NCBI RefSeq assembly: GCF_001194135.2
Contig: NC_068982.1
Location: forward strand, 50,804,459-50,868,458
DNA from: Octopus bimaculoides
Taxonomy: Eukaryota
Direction: 5' to 3'
Length of the DNA: 64,000 nucleotides
The notes beneath the pieces are model-generated. The model searched no databases. It had not been told where the DNA came from and was given only the letters and a program-made list of their open reading frames with translations. The position numbers and the translations under genes are program-made. Positions 63,164 through 64,000 of this stretch are shown in pieces; the first letter of the stretch is position 1; each line of letters begins with the position of its first letter.

Positions 63164-64000
63164 TAGAACGCAGTGAAATGAAAATTGAAATGATGTTCAA
63201 TAGATAAACGACTGGTAGAATGCAACAGTAAAAGTGTTTATAACAACAACGACCTTTCACATTGTCCTAAAGATCATTCACCAGCTGAATAATGACGCCA
63301 TCTAGCCCCCCCCCCAACGATCATTGTTCAATTTTACACTGAAATATCAACCAACAAACGCAAACAGAACATGTTGAAGATAAATCTAAAGCAGACTTAA
63401 ACTGCATATCTTGAAAATCAGAGAACATGCATAACGTTGGTTTAATCCAATTTATTCCTAATAATTATTTACATACATTTCTTGATAAAATAAGCACAAA
63501 ATTTAAAAGTTAGAAAAGTGAATAGGAAATAGTCAAATTTCCATTAACTCTGTTTCTCATATGGCATATTTGATATATGAGCTGCTTTCTAGTAATACGT
63601 GTAAAACATATAGTACATGTACTTACATGTGTGCATGTGTAGTTCATAAACAGACTGTTAAATTTAGATGCACGTTTACTTTCACAAATTTTCGCGCTCA
63701 TACACATGCACATTCACACACTCAAATGTGTGTATGAGGGAGAAAGAGAAAGAAAAAGGAAGAGAGATAGTGTGAGTGTGTATGACAGAGTGTGTGTGTG
63801 TGTGTCTGTGTCTGTGTGTGTGTCTGTGTCTGTGTGTGTGTGTGTAGATGCATGCTGAAATATGTAATTTTAAAGGAAGGAAATATGACGCAGGTAATTG
63901 AAATAAATTGAAATAAACGAATCCGGAACTGGAAATTGATCGAACTAACCTTGGAGAGAAATATTTTACGGTATACAACAAATATTTAACTTTCTTACAC

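Noticed and set aside
810-63981. Most ORF-track entries (YIYI, CVCV, THTH, SLSL, ERER, NNNN and X-rich ORFs)
   Set aside because: They are translations of microsatellites or N-gaps, with no protein-like content
63940-64000. Minus-strand donor-like CCAAG|GTTAGT with a short open frame at the window edge
   Set aside because: The acceptor would lie outside the window and the peptide is unrecognisable

Overview
AT-rich eukaryotic, repeat-dominated DNA, intergenic or deep-intronic, with 12 N-gaps. The SINE families look like those I recall from octopod cephalopods, probably a short-read Octopus assembly; this is an inference, not a database result. I found no host protein-coding gene that I can support, and no rRNA, bona fide tRNA gene or CRISPR array. 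Most ORF-track entries are translated microsatellites or N-runs. The window holds about 40 copies of at least 7 short interspersed families, given working labels A-G here. It also holds decayed retroelements: an R4/Dong-like element, a Tx1-like element, CR1-group LINE ends and Penelope-like elements (PLEs) of two types. DNA transposon remnants include a deleted mariner with TIRs and TA TSD, a mariner MITE, Tigger, a Helitron helicase fragment and a hAT end. Highlights: (1) a (TAA)n-targeting system, with a Dong-like LINE and a ~550-bp non-tRNA, non-coding element stacked in one AAT microsatellite and a second copy of that element in another AAT tract; (2) three minimal type-I hammerhead ribozyme folds inside fold-back PLE repeats, plus a partial core behind a PLE endonuclease; (3) a 16-nt LINE 3' sequence matching the SINE-B tail, suggesting the partner LINE; (4) two perfect inverted duplications next to gaps that both break at GATC and are probably library or assembly chimeras.
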